Assembly: GCA_038997305.1 (NCBI GenBank)
Contig: JAWAZZ010000002.1
Coordinates: 8,217-72,216 of the forward strand
Origin: Candidatus Aenigmatarchaeota archaeon
GTDB taxonomy: Archaea; Aenigmatarchaeota; Aenigmatarchaeia; CG10238-14; SpSt-28
Reading direction: 5' to 3'
DNA: 64,000 nucleotides
Positions 1 through 8,110 of this stretch are shown here, one piece after another. The notes beneath the pieces were generated by a model that was not told the origin of the DNA, ran no database searches, and saw nothing but the letters and a program-made list of their open reading frames with translations. How positions within the stretch are numbered: position 1 is the first letter of the stretch; each line of letters opens with the position of its first letter. Position numbers and translations under genes: made by a program.

Positions 1-2
1 TA

Positions 3-425
3 GTAGTTGTTAAAAAAGATGAAATACTTCAAGCAGAAAGAGCAAAAAGAGTTATCTCTTTATTAACTAATGTTAAGAAGATAACATTTACAAAAGAGTT
101 TTTAGCAAACGAAAAATATGAAAAAGTTGAAACAGAAGATTATATAGTATATCTAAACAAAGAAATAACTAAGAAATTAAGAGAAGAAGGAATTATAAGA
201 GAGATTGTAAGAGGTATTCAAGAATTTAGAAAGAGAGAAAAATTGGAAATCCATCAAAAAGTTAAAATTGTTTTAAACATAAAAGACGAAGAAATCAAGA
301 AAATTGTCGAAAAGAATAAGTTGCTAATAGAAAAAGAAACAAACTCAGAAATAGAATTTGGTAATACAGAAAAGAATAAATTAGATGTTGAAATTTCAGA
401 AATTTTTGCGGAAATTCTAAAATAG
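3..425 (+). CDS. 3' end of a gene continuing upstream of the window; K/E-rich helical C-terminus, possibly the C-terminal domain of a class-I aminoacyl-tRNA synthetase (IleRS/ValRS-like)
   Basis: Frame 3 is open from position 3 to the TAA at 423-425. The listed 60-aa ORF (243..425) is only its TTG-initiated tail. Composition resembles IleRS/ValRS C-terminal helical regions, but no diagnostic motif is present. Confidence 0.3.
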   Translation, partial: VVVKKDEILQAERAKRVISLLTNVKKITFTKEFLANEKYEKVETEDYIVYLNKEITKKLREEGIIREIVRGIQEFRKREKLEIHQKVKIVLNIKDEEIKKIVEKNKLLIEKETNSEIEFGNTEKNKLDVEISEIFAEILK

Positions 426-429
426 TTTT

Positions 430-501
430 TGGACCGGGCGGGATTTGAACCCGCGGCCTCCCGCATGCCAAGCGGGCGCTCTTCCACTGAGCTACCGGCC
501 C
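430..501 (-). tRNA. tRNA-Ala (anticodon GGC)
   Basis: The reverse complement folds as a 72-nt cloverleaf. It has a GGGCCGG acceptor stem with a G3:U70 pair (the Ala identity element), TTCAAAT T-loop, anticodon loop TTGGCAT and discriminator A. CCA is not encoded. Confidence 0.85.
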
Positions 502-545
502 TTATAAAATTATTTTCAAGAATTAACTCATAAAATTTTTAATTT

Positions 546-920
546 ATGGATTTTGAAAAGATAGTTCTAATTTTTTCTTCAATATCTTTTGCTCTAGGTT
601 TTTTATTGTTAATATATGTAGCATATTTTTTAAGTTTTCCAGAACTTTCTGTTAGTAATGTTACTTCAGATTTTTTAGGAGAAAGGATTTCTGTAAAAGG
701 AAAAGTTATAAACATAGTAGAAAGAGATAGAGTAAATTATATCATACTTTCAGATGGTCAAAAAAATCTAACTATTGTCATATTTCCAAATGTTTATAAA
801 GAAGTAAAAAACGACATAAAAATAAATCAAAGCGTAAAAGTTGTTGGAATTCTTTCAGAATATAAAGGAAATCTCCAGATAATACTTCAAAACCCAAAAA
901 ATCTTATAATAGAAGAATGA
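546..920 (+). CDS. Hypothetical membrane-anchored protein: N-terminal TM helix plus a predicted OB-fold-like beta domain
   Basis: A hydrophobic N-terminus (IVLIFSSISFALGFLLLIYVAYFL) is followed by a beta-rich segment of OB-fold type (ISVKGKVINIVERDRVNYIILSDGQKNLTIVIF...VKVVGIL). Its stop overlaps the next gene's start at 917. Confidence 0.35.
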   Translation: MDFEKIVLIFSSISFALGFLLLIYVAYFLSFPELSVSNVTSDFLGERISVKGKVINIVERDRVNYIILSDGQKNLTIVIFPNVYKEVKNDIKINQSVKVVGILSEYKGNLQIILQNPKNLIIEE

Positions 921-2131
921 TAGACCAAATAATAATTAGTTCTTTCTTAGGTAGTATTGTTGGATTCTTTTCTGGATTAATACCTGCACTACATCAGAAT
1001 TTATTGATACCAATATTAATTCCAATACTTTCTTTTAACGAAATGTTTTTAATATCTTTTTTAATTTCTTTGGCAATTTCACAAAATTACGGAAATGCAA
1101 TTTCGAGCTATTATTTATCGTCTCCACCAGAAGAACTATCTTTATCAACACTACCTTCTCAAAGACTAGCAAAAGAAGGATTACTACTAGAAGCACTTAA
1201 AATATTTGTATTAGCCGCTTCAATTTCAATTCCTGTTAATGTATTGTTTGTATTTTTATTTCATTCTTATATCTCAAATCTGATAATTTCGCTAGAAAAA
1301 TATATTGGTTTAATACTTATCATCGCTATTTATACGCTTTTCTTTTTCGAAAAAGAAAAAGCAAAAAGTTTTCTAATATTCTTTCTTTCCGGAATAATAG
1401 GAATATATGCTTTTAACATCATAGAATTCAATAAAGCTGTTCTGGCTATTTTTAGTGGATTTTTTGCTTGCTCCCAAATAATTATAAACCTATTTCAAAA
1501 ACAAAATTTTTTAGAAAATCAAAAAGAAGATGTAAAAATTAAATTAAAGAAAAAAGAAATTCTAATAGGTATTTTTCTATCTATTTTTGTAGGAATATTT
1601 TCTGGATTGTTACCTTCTTTAGGTATAACTCAAATGTTGTTATTTTTTCAACCAATACTTAATGATAGATTATTCATATTTTCATCTTCTTCATCATTTT
1701 TTTCTAATGAAATATTTTCAACAACCTCTCTATATACTATTGAAAATCCAAGAAGCGGATTAAGTGTTTATTTAGAAAAGATTTTGGGAAATGTTGACTA
1801 TAAAACCTTTGTCATTATGATTTCTATATTTCTAATCTCATCCTTTTTTGCATCAATTCTGTTTCTTATTTTTTATAAAAATTTTCTATCTTTGTTCAAA
1901 AGAATAAATTTCAAAGTGCTAAACCTTTTAGTTCTATCTCTAATCATTTTCATTGTTTTCGTTTTTAGCGGATTTATAGGTCTATTGCTTCTTTTCATCT
2001 CAACCTCTTTGGGTTTAATTACAATACATATAAATGTTAACAGAAGCTATTTAATGGGAAGCTTGATAATATCAACTGTTCTCATTTATACAAACTACTA
2101 TTTAAAGGTTCTTATATTCTTGGGTATATAA
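917..2131 (+). CDS. Polytopic membrane protein, TctA/DUF112-like (duplicated G-x3-G-L-x-P motifs)
   Basis: At least 10 predicted TM segments. The motif GSIVGFFSGLIPAL recurs as GIFSGLLPSLGITQ, as in tripartite tricarboxylate transporter TctA-family permeases. Confidence 0.4.
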   Translation: MIDQIIISSFLGSIVGFFSGLIPALHQNLLIPILIPILSFNEMFLISFLISLAISQNYGNAISSYYLSSPPEELSLSTLPSQRLAKEGLLLEALKIFVLAASISIPVNVLFVFLFHSYISNLIISLEKYIGLILIIAIYTLFFFEKEKAKSFLIFFLSGIIGIYAFNIIEFNKAVLAIFSGFFACSQIIINLFQKQNFLENQKEDVKIKLKKKEILIGIFLSIFVGIFSGLLPSLGITQMLLFFQPILNDRLFIFSSSSSFFSNEIFSTTSLYTIENPRSGLSVYLEKILGNVDYKTFVIMISIFLISSFFASILFLIFYKNFLSLFKRINFKVLNLLVLSLIIFIVFVFSGFIGLLLLFISTSLGLITIHINVNRSYLMGSLIISTVLIYTNYYLKVLIFLGI

Positions 2132-2169
2132 AAGTATAAATATAAGTAGTAGTTTGTATAAATAATATA

Positions 2170-2871
2170 ATGCATAGACATCATCACGATCACTCAAATC
2201 TATTATCAGAAAAGGAAAAGAAAGAAATAAAGGAAATTCTAAACAAAAAATTAGTAAATAAGGTTAGCTTAGTTGTGCTTCTTGATTATAAAAACAGTGA
2301 AGAGGCTTCAGAAATAACAGAAGCTTTATTGAAAGAAATCTCCAAGCTAAACGAAAACTTAGAAATAGAATTTGTAGACGCTTATTCTAATGAAGGAAAA
2401 GAGCTATTAGAAAAATATAATCTAGTTTTTGACAAAAATCAATTAGGACCAATAATATTTTTCAAATCAAAACCAAATATAGTTTTCTTGGGATTTCCTT
2501 TAGGTATGGAATTTCCAGTATTTTTAGATACATTAGAAATTATATCCAAAAATGAAGTTGCTATTAACAATAACGTAGCTAAAAACATAGCAAAAGTAAA
2601 TTCAAATCTAGATGTGTTTGTCTTTGTTACAGCAACTTGCCCATATTGTCCCTTAATGACACACCCATCAACAAAATTTGCTTTCCTAAACGATAAAATA
2701 AGAAGTATTATAGTAATGAGCGAAATGTTTTCAGACCTAGCACAAAAACATTATGTATATGCTGTACCAAAAACAGTAATAATGAAAAACTCAAAAATTG
2801 TAGAAGAGATTGAAGGCGCGATACCAGAAGCTGCATTTGCAGAAAAAATAAAAGAAAGTAGCGAAAACTAA
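2170..2871 (+). CDS. Thioredoxin-fold protein disulfide oxidoreductase (glutaredoxin-like, CPYC active site)
   Basis: Contains ATCPYCP in a C-terminal thioredoxin-like unit and a His-rich N-terminus (MHRHHHDHS). Architecture resembles archaeal PDO proteins. Confidence 0.6.
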   Translation: MHRHHHDHSNLLSEKEKKEIKEILNKKLVNKVSLVVLLDYKNSEEASEITEALLKEISKLNENLEIEFVDAYSNEGKELLEKYNLVFDKNQLGPIIFFKSKPNIVFLGFPLGMEFPVFLDTLEIISKNEVAINNNVAKNIAKVNSNLDVFVFVTATCPYCPLMTHPSTKFAFLNDKIRSIIVMSEMFSDLAQKHYVYAVPKTVIMKNSKIVEEIEGAIPEAAFAEKIKESSEN

Positions 2872-3191
2872 ATTAATCCCAGCTCTTTTTTCACTTCTTC
2901 ACTAGCCATATCCAAGCTCCAAACTTTATCAAAATCTATTTCAACTTCGCTCTCATATCCAATTTCTTTCAATTTTTCTTCTATCATTTCAACAAGTAGC
3001 GGTAAATATGGACAAAATGGTGTAGTTGGAATCATTTTTATAAAAACTTTTTTATCTTCTATTTTTATTTCCTCTATCAAACCCAAAGATACTATATCAA
3101 AATTTATTTCTGGATCTACAACTTCTTTCAATTTTTCTAATATCTTTTTCTCTTCATTCCCATATTCCATACTTAATGTATTTAAACGCAT
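2868..3191 (-). CDS. DUF59/MIP18-family Fe-S cluster assembly protein (SufT/PaaD-like)
   Basis: Typical DUF59 pattern with VVDPEINFDIVSLGLI and the conserved Cys in TTPFCPY. Length 107 aa. Confidence 0.65.
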   Translation of the reverse strand: MRLNTLSMEYGNEEKKILEKLKEVVDPEINFDIVSLGLIEEIKIEDKKVFIKMIPTTPFCPYLPLLVEMIEEKLKEIGYESEVEIDFDKVWSLDMASEEVKKELGLI

Positions 3192-4125
3192 TATATGCAG
3201 CTATAGAACCTTGAGCTGCGGCAGTTACTATTTGTTTAAATCCAGCACAAGCATTAGTAACATCTCCAGCAGCAAACACACCTTTAATATTAGTTCTCAT
3301 ACCTTCATCAACAATTATTTCCCCCCTTTCATTAGTTTGAACTCCAATCTTTTTGGCTAATTCCGAATTTGGATCTAACCCAATAGCAACAAACAATCCA
3401 TCTAACTTTAAAGTCAAAGTATTTCCAGTTTTAACATCTTCTAAAACAACTTCTTCAACCTTCTTATTACCTCTTATTTCCTTGACAATCTTATTAGTTA
3501 AAATCTCTATTTTTGGATTCTGTTTTGCAGAATTTACTAAAACAGCCTCTGCTCTAAATTCATCTCTTCTATGTATTATATAAACTTTTTTTGCATGTTG
3601 AGCTAAAACTAGCGCATCATGAAATGCAGAATTTCCACCACCAACAACACCAACAACTTTATCCTTAAAGAATAACGCATCGCATTCAGCACAATAACTT
3701 ACTCCATTCAAATTTTCTCCAGGAACACCTAATTTTCTCCTCTTAGAACCTGTTGCAAATATTATTACTTTACCTTTTATTTCGTAACCCCCCAAAGTTT
3801 TAACAACAAAAATTTCATTTTCTTTTTTTACATCAATAACTTCATCTATTAATGTTTTTGCTCCAAACATTTCTGCATGCTCCTTAAATCTTAAACCTAA
3901 TTCAGAACCTTTAATAGAATAAATAGCAGGATAATCTTCAACTATAGAAGCTTCATTCATCATTCCACCAATATCTTTTGTTATAACTAATGTTTTTAAT
4001 CCATATCTAGCAGAATACAAAGCGGCTGAATATCCAGCAGCCCCTCCACCAATTATTATAACATCTACTTCTTTCTCTATTTCTTTCTCTTCTTCCACAT
4101 GCTTTGTAACCAACATTATCTGCAT
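3154..4125 (-). CDS. trxB: Thioredoxin-disulfide reductase
   Basis: FAD motif VIIIGGGAAGYSAALY, redox-active CAEC dithiol, NADPH motif VVGGGNSA and C-terminal FAAGDV motif. Confidence 0.85.
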   Translation of the reverse strand: MQIMLVTKHVEEEKEIEKEVDVIIIGGGAAGYSAALYSARYGLKTLVITKDIGGMMNEASIVEDYPAIYSIKGSELGLRFKEHAEMFGAKTLIDEVIDVKKENEIFVVKTLGGYEIKGKVIIFATGSKRRKLGVPGENLNGVSYCAECDALFFKDKVVGVVGGGNSAFHDALVLAQHAKKVYIIHRRDEFRAEAVLVNSAKQNPKIEILTNKIVKEIRGNKKVEEVVLEDVKTGNTLTLKLDGLFVAIGLDPNSELAKKIGVQTNERGEIIVDEGMRTNIKGVFAAGDVTNACAGFKQIVTAAAQGSIAAYNAFKYIKYGIWE

Positions 4126-4151
4126 AATAATATCTTTTCAATAATTATTTT

Positions 4152-4955
4152 ATGAGTATAGAAGATTTAGAAAAACAGTTAGAAGAGTTAGAAATAAAAA
4201 CAGAAGAGCAGAAAAAGCAATTAAAGGAAATTGTTCTACCAAAAGTTATAAATTATGCAAAAAAACTTATAAACGAATATGGAAATCTAATAAAATCTGT
4301 AAGCATTTTTGGTTCAGCAGCTAAAGGAAAAATGAAAGCAACTAGCGATATAGATGTTTGGGTAATAATAGATGATACCTCTTTAAAGACTTCAGAAGAT
4401 ATCGAAAACGCATCGCTAAAAATAAGAATATTGGGAGAAGAATTTGGTTTACATGTTCAAGTTACCAAAATTACAGATTTTTGGAACTTAATAGCGAAAG
4501 GTAGTCCAGAATTGGTTAATTTCTTAAGATATAGCTTAATAATCTACGATTCCGGTTTTTTAAGACCATCACAAAGAATGCTAAATTTAGGATTAATAAT
4601 GCCTAGTGAAGAAGCAATAGAATTAAAAAAAAGAGCAGCTTTAATAAGGTTTGAAAAAATAAAAGAAGATTTAAAAAGTTTGATCTTCGAACTAAGATAT
4701 TGCGTTACTGATATACTTCAATCTTACATTATGAAAAAATACCAAAAAATTCCCGATCCTAAAACTATTCCAGAATTTTTAGAAAAAATGATAGAAGAAA
4801 AAATAATAGAAAGTGATTATCTAAACGATTATCTAGAGATAAATTCCCTATGGAAAAAAATAGAACACAAGGAAATAAAAGAAATAGACGCTTCTCATAT
4901 AGATAAAGCTTTAAAAATAACTCAAAAATTCATAGAAAAATTTTCTAAATTATGA
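4152..4955 (+). CDS. Pol-beta superfamily nucleotidyltransferase fused to a C-terminal helical HEPN-like domain (paralog 1)
   Basis: NTase signature VSIFGSAAKGKMKATSDIDVWVIIDD, with a third acidic residue in ITDFW. The C-terminal helical domain ends in WKKIEHKEIKEI, an HEPN-like x4-H-x2-E motif whose Arg is replaced by Trp. Overlaps the next gene by 4 nt. Confidence 0.55.
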   Translation: MSIEDLEKQLEELEIKTEEQKKQLKEIVLPKVINYAKKLINEYGNLIKSVSIFGSAAKGKMKATSDIDVWVIIDDTSLKTSEDIENASLKIRILGEEFGLHVQVTKITDFWNLIAKGSPELVNFLRYSLIIYDSGFLRPSQRMLNLGLIMPSEEAIELKKRAALIRFEKIKEDLKSLIFELRYCVTDILQSYIMKKYQKIPDPKTIPEFLEKMIEEKIIESDYLNDYLEINSLWKKIEHKEIKEIDASHIDKALKITQKFIEKFSKL

Positions 4956-6187
4956 CGCTAACAAGAGAAGCCAGAATAGAAATAGCCAGAAAGTTTGGAA
5001 AATTAGCAAAGGAGAAATTTAAAGATTTAGTTAAAAGTGTTGTTGTTTTTGGATCTACAGTAACTGGAGAATTTACAGAAAGAAGCGATATAGACATTTT
5101 AGTAATAGTAGACGATACTATAGTAAAATATTGTGAAAAAGATTTAGAGCATGTAATAGATGTAGAGGATAAAATAAAAACTTGTCCAAGATGTAATGGT
5201 GAGCTAAAAATAGGAATCTTAGATAGTTATCTGAACGAAATAGATAAAGAACTTGAAAAAATTGCAATTTCTATAGAAGAAGCAAGAGTAAAAATAAAAG
5301 ATAAAATTACTGGAGAGGAAAAAATAGTTAACTTAATTTCTTTGCAACCATCTTATAAACTTACAGAGTTTTGGGATTATGTGAGAAACGGAAATCCTAT
5401 AGTATACAATTTCATAAAAAATGGTTTAGCAGTAATAGACGATGGAACATTTAGAACATTTAGATATCTATGGCTTAGTGGAAGAATTCCTAAGACGAGA
5501 GAAGCAATAGAAAAATACATTGAAGATGCACCTAAAAAAATCTTAAGAGCAAAATCTGTAAAATTTTTACAAATTGCCGAAGATTGTTATTATGCTATTG
5601 TAAATTCTGCGCAAGCTGTTTTAATGTTTTTAGATAAAGCACCGCCCTCACCTTCAAAACTTTACGAAGAATTTAAAAGGGAATTAGTAGATAAAAATCT
5701 TATCGAACCAGAATATGCCGAATGGATTAAAGAAATTGTAGAATTAAGAAAGAAAATAGAACATCAAGAGATAAAAGAAATAAAGGGAGAAGAAGTTGAC
5801 TTATGGATAGAAAGAGCTCAAAAATTTGTGGAAAAAATGATATTGTTGCTTAGCATACTAGAAATAAGAAAAATAGAAAGTATTGCTATAAGAACAAGAG
5901 AAGTTTCTAGAGAATTAATGAGAAGAGCTCTGAAAGCTCTAAACATACCTTTTGACGAAAATAATCTTTTAGAAGTATTTAAAGAGAGCTTTATAAAGAA
6001 AGGATACATTTCTAGCATGTATTTAAATGTTTTGAATAGGATAGAAGAAATTCATTCACTAATCTTGGAGGGAAAAATTAACAAAATCGATTTTGATGAA
6101 GTTTATAAGCTAAGAGAAGATGTTAGATTAATGATAAGAGATGTAGGAAAAGTTTTAGAAGAATTGCAAAAAGAAAATAAAACTTAA
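4952..6187 (+). CDS. Pol-beta superfamily nucleotidyltransferase fused to an HEPN-like helical domain, with a Cys-rich insertion and extra C-terminal region (paralog 2)
   Basis: NTase signature VVVFGSTVTGEFTERSDIDILVIVDD, LTEFWDYVRNGNP and an intact HEPN-type R-x4-H motif (ELRKKIEHQEIKEI). Carries an insertion with YCEKD...KTCPRCNG (three Cys). The whole architecture is collinear with the upstream paralog. Confidence 0.55.
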   Translation: MTLTREARIEIARKFGKLAKEKFKDLVKSVVVFGSTVTGEFTERSDIDILVIVDDTIVKYCEKDLEHVIDVEDKIKTCPRCNGELKIGILDSYLNEIDKELEKIAISIEEARVKIKDKITGEEKIVNLISLQPSYKLTEFWDYVRNGNPIVYNFIKNGLAVIDDGTFRTFRYLWLSGRIPKTREAIEKYIEDAPKKILRAKSVKFLQIAEDCYYAIVNSAQAVLMFLDKAPPSPSKLYEEFKRELVDKNLIEPEYAEWIKEIVELRKKIEHQEIKEIKGEEVDLWIERAQKFVEKMILLLSILEIRKIESIAIRTREVSRELMRRALKALNIPFDENNLLEVFKESFIKKGYISSMYLNVLNRIEEIHSLILEGKINKIDFDEVYKLREDVRLMIRDVGKVLEELQKENKT

Positions 6188-6205
6188 ATTTATTATATAA
6201 TAGAT

Positions 6206-6463
6206 ATGGAAGGTGTAATAGTAAACTTCAGATTAAGTAATCATAACAAAAACTGGAATCAAGTAATAGTAGAAGTAGAAGGAATAAATAGTAGAGAAGA
6301 AGCTAAAAAACTTTTAGGAAAAAAAGTTATTCTAGAAATTAATGGCAAAAGAAAAATAGGAAAAGTTATTAGATTGCATGGAAATAAAGGAAGAGTATTA
6401 GTAAGGTTTAGAAAAGGATTAAATGGTTTAGCTCTAATGAAAAAAGTAATAATAGAGGATTAG
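6206..6463 (+). CDS. rpl35ae: 50S ribosomal protein L35Ae
   Basis: GVIVNFRLSNHNKNWNQVIVEVEGINSREEAKKLLGKKV matches the L35Ae consensus (VNFRRG..TQ..NQ.I..IEGV.S.EEA..YLGK.V). Confidence 0.8.
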   Translation: MEGVIVNFRLSNHNKNWNQVIVEVEGINSREEAKKLLGKKVILEINGKRKIGKVIRLHGNKGRVLVRFRKGLNGLALMKKVIIED

Positions 6464-6639
6464 TTATATCTTACAAATCCTAACCTCTTTGCTTCTTCTC
6501 TAAAACATTTTCTGCATAACAATAATCCATACTTTCTTATTACTCCTCTGGTTGTGTTGCACTTCCTACATCTATAGTTTTCTTTTCCACAAGCCCTTTT
6601 CTTTTTCGGTTGAAAACTTGTTCTTAATGCTGGATCCAT
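6460..6639 (-). CDS. rps14: 30S ribosomal protein S14 type Z (uS14, zinc-binding)
   Basis: Hand-translated 59-aa ORF missing from the track because it is under 60 aa: MDPALRTSFQPKKKRACGKENYRCRKCNTTRGVIRKYGLLLCRKCFREEAKRLGFVRYN. It has the CxxC...CxxC zinc motif and the CRKCFRE signature. Confidence 0.8.
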   Translation of the reverse strand: MDPALRTSFQPKKKRACGKENYRCRKCNTTRGVIRKYGLLLCRKCFREEAKRLGFVRYN

Positions 6640-6642
6640 AAT

Positions 6643-6858
6643 TTAATAAGCGATAAGACCAAATATTTTTAAAGCATCTTCTTCATCTATAAAGCCTTTT
6701 TCTATTGCTATACTTATTACATTTGGTAAGTTTTTTGTTATTATATCATAAACTTTTGTGCCTTCGTTTCTTATTTTAAGCATTAAGAAAGCATTTACCA
6801 TTCCTGCTATTTCCTCTTTTATTATTTCTTCTTCAAAGAACATAAATATATTCAACAA
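6643..6858 (-). CDS. Hypothetical 71-aa protein sitting inside the spc-type ribosomal operon between L5 and S14
   Basis: Tightly packed ORF, 3 nt after the S14 start and 18 nt before the L5 stop, on the same strand. No recognisable family. Confidence 0.3.
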   Translation of the reverse strand: MLNIFMFFEEEIIKEEIAGMVNAFLMLKIRNEGTKVYDIITKNLPNVISIAIEKGFIDEEDALKIFGLIAY

Positions 6859-6876
6859 AAAAATTTAAATATTCAA

Positions 6877-7386
6877 TTAAACAACTTCAACTCCAAAATA
6901 TTCTTTAACAAACTTTATTGCCTCTTCTTTTGTAACTCTTTGTTTTCTTGAAATTGTTCCATCTTTTAATCTATAGCCAGGTCTTCTTAAAGAAAAACAA
7001 ACATCCATACCTAATAAACCTATAGTATGATCATATTTATAACCTAAATCTATGTATTTTGCAATACCTAAACTAAAATTTCCATAATCATCAAAAACTC
7101 TCGAAGGAATTTTATAGTTATATGCCTTAAAAACTTTTTTCGCAAACTCTTCTGCTTCCTTACCTCTCAATGTAATCATAACTCCTATTGGTCTTCCTTT
7201 TGGAACACCAAAAGTAGATCTTTTAACAGAATAAGTTATTGCTGGTTTTCTATTGTTAAACATATTTTGCAACAATTTCTTTGCTCTTTCTATCTTTTCT
7301 AAATCTCCACCACAACCTATATTTATCACTACCTTTTCCAGAAATATTTTCTTTCTCATAGGATTTTCTAATTTTTTAGGATTCAT
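6877..7386 (-). CDS. rpl5: 50S ribosomal protein L5 (uL5)
   Basis: MNPKKLENPMRKKIFLEKVVINIGCGG...FGVPKGRPIGVMITLRG is typical of archaeal uL5. Confidence 0.9.
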   Translation of the reverse strand: MNPKKLENPMRKKIFLEKVVINIGCGGDLEKIERAKKLLQNMFNNRKPAITYSVKRSTFGVPKGRPIGVMITLRGKEAEEFAKKVFKAYNYKIPSRVFDDYGNFSLGIAKYIDLGYKYDHTIGLLGMDVCFSLRRPGYRLKDGTISRKQRVTKEEAIKFVKEYFGVEVV

Positions 7387-7397
7387 AATTTTTTATT

Positions 7398-8090
7398 CTA
7401 AACTGTTATTAATGGTTTTTCTTCTCCAACAACAATAACATAATCTCTTATAGTAGTTATTTTTTCGTTCTCTTTCCTTATTCTAACTAAACTCTTTTTG
7501 TTAAATCCAGAAGGTGTTATTTCTTCTATTTCTCCAACATTTCCTTTATTTTCTCCATTAAAAATCAAAGCTATTTTACCTACTTCGAACTTTATATGTT
7601 TTAAAACCTTTAAGGTAGGTAATTCTATTAATAAACTATCGTGTGTTTTAATGGAGTTGTCCTTAGTTAAAATATTCTTTCCATCATGAAAAGTTATCTG
7701 ATATGTATCTGGAGAAATCTTTGTTTTATTTTTTACTCTAACTATTTTCATTTCTGCTTCCTTTTCATCTATTTTTGTTAGAGTCAATCCCTTTTTATTT
7801 ACTGTTATTCTATAATGTTCGTTTATTTCAGGAAAAGAAATTACATCAAACAATCCACAAGGATATCTATAATTTGTTACAACCCTTCCATCAACCAAAA
7901 CTTTTCTTTGTTTGATAATTGTTTTTGCCTCTTTTAAATTTTCTGCATATTTGAGAATATCTCTAATTATTACTGCTAAAGGAATGCAAAAATCTTTTGG
8001 ATGCGGCCCTGGAGAAGGATTAACAGAATATTTATATTTTTTTGGGGGTTGCAACCAAAATTTTGGTGCATTTAAACGCTTTAACCACAT
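7398..8090 (-). CDS. rps4e: 30S ribosomal protein S4e
   Basis: N-terminus MWLKRLNAPKFW...NPSPGPH, followed by S4 and KOW-like regions characteristic of eS4. Confidence 0.9.
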   Translation of the reverse strand: MWLKRLNAPKFWLQPPKKYKYSVNPSPGPHPKDFCIPLAVIIRDILKYAENLKEAKTIIKQRKVLVDGRVVTNYRYPCGLFDVISFPEINEHYRITVNKKGLTLTKIDEKEAEMKIVRVKNKTKISPDTYQITFHDGKNILTKDNSIKTHDSLLIELPTLKVLKHIKFEVGKIALIFNGENKGNVGEIEEITPSGFNKKSLVRIRKENEKITTIRDYVIVVGEEKPLITV

Positions 8091-8110
8091 AAAAATAAAA
8101 AAGAAAAGGA

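Noticed and set aside
254-487. 77-aa minus-strand ORF
   Set aside because: Overlaps tRNA-Ala(GGC) and lies antisense to the upstream gene's 3' end. Low-complexity translation, so spurious.
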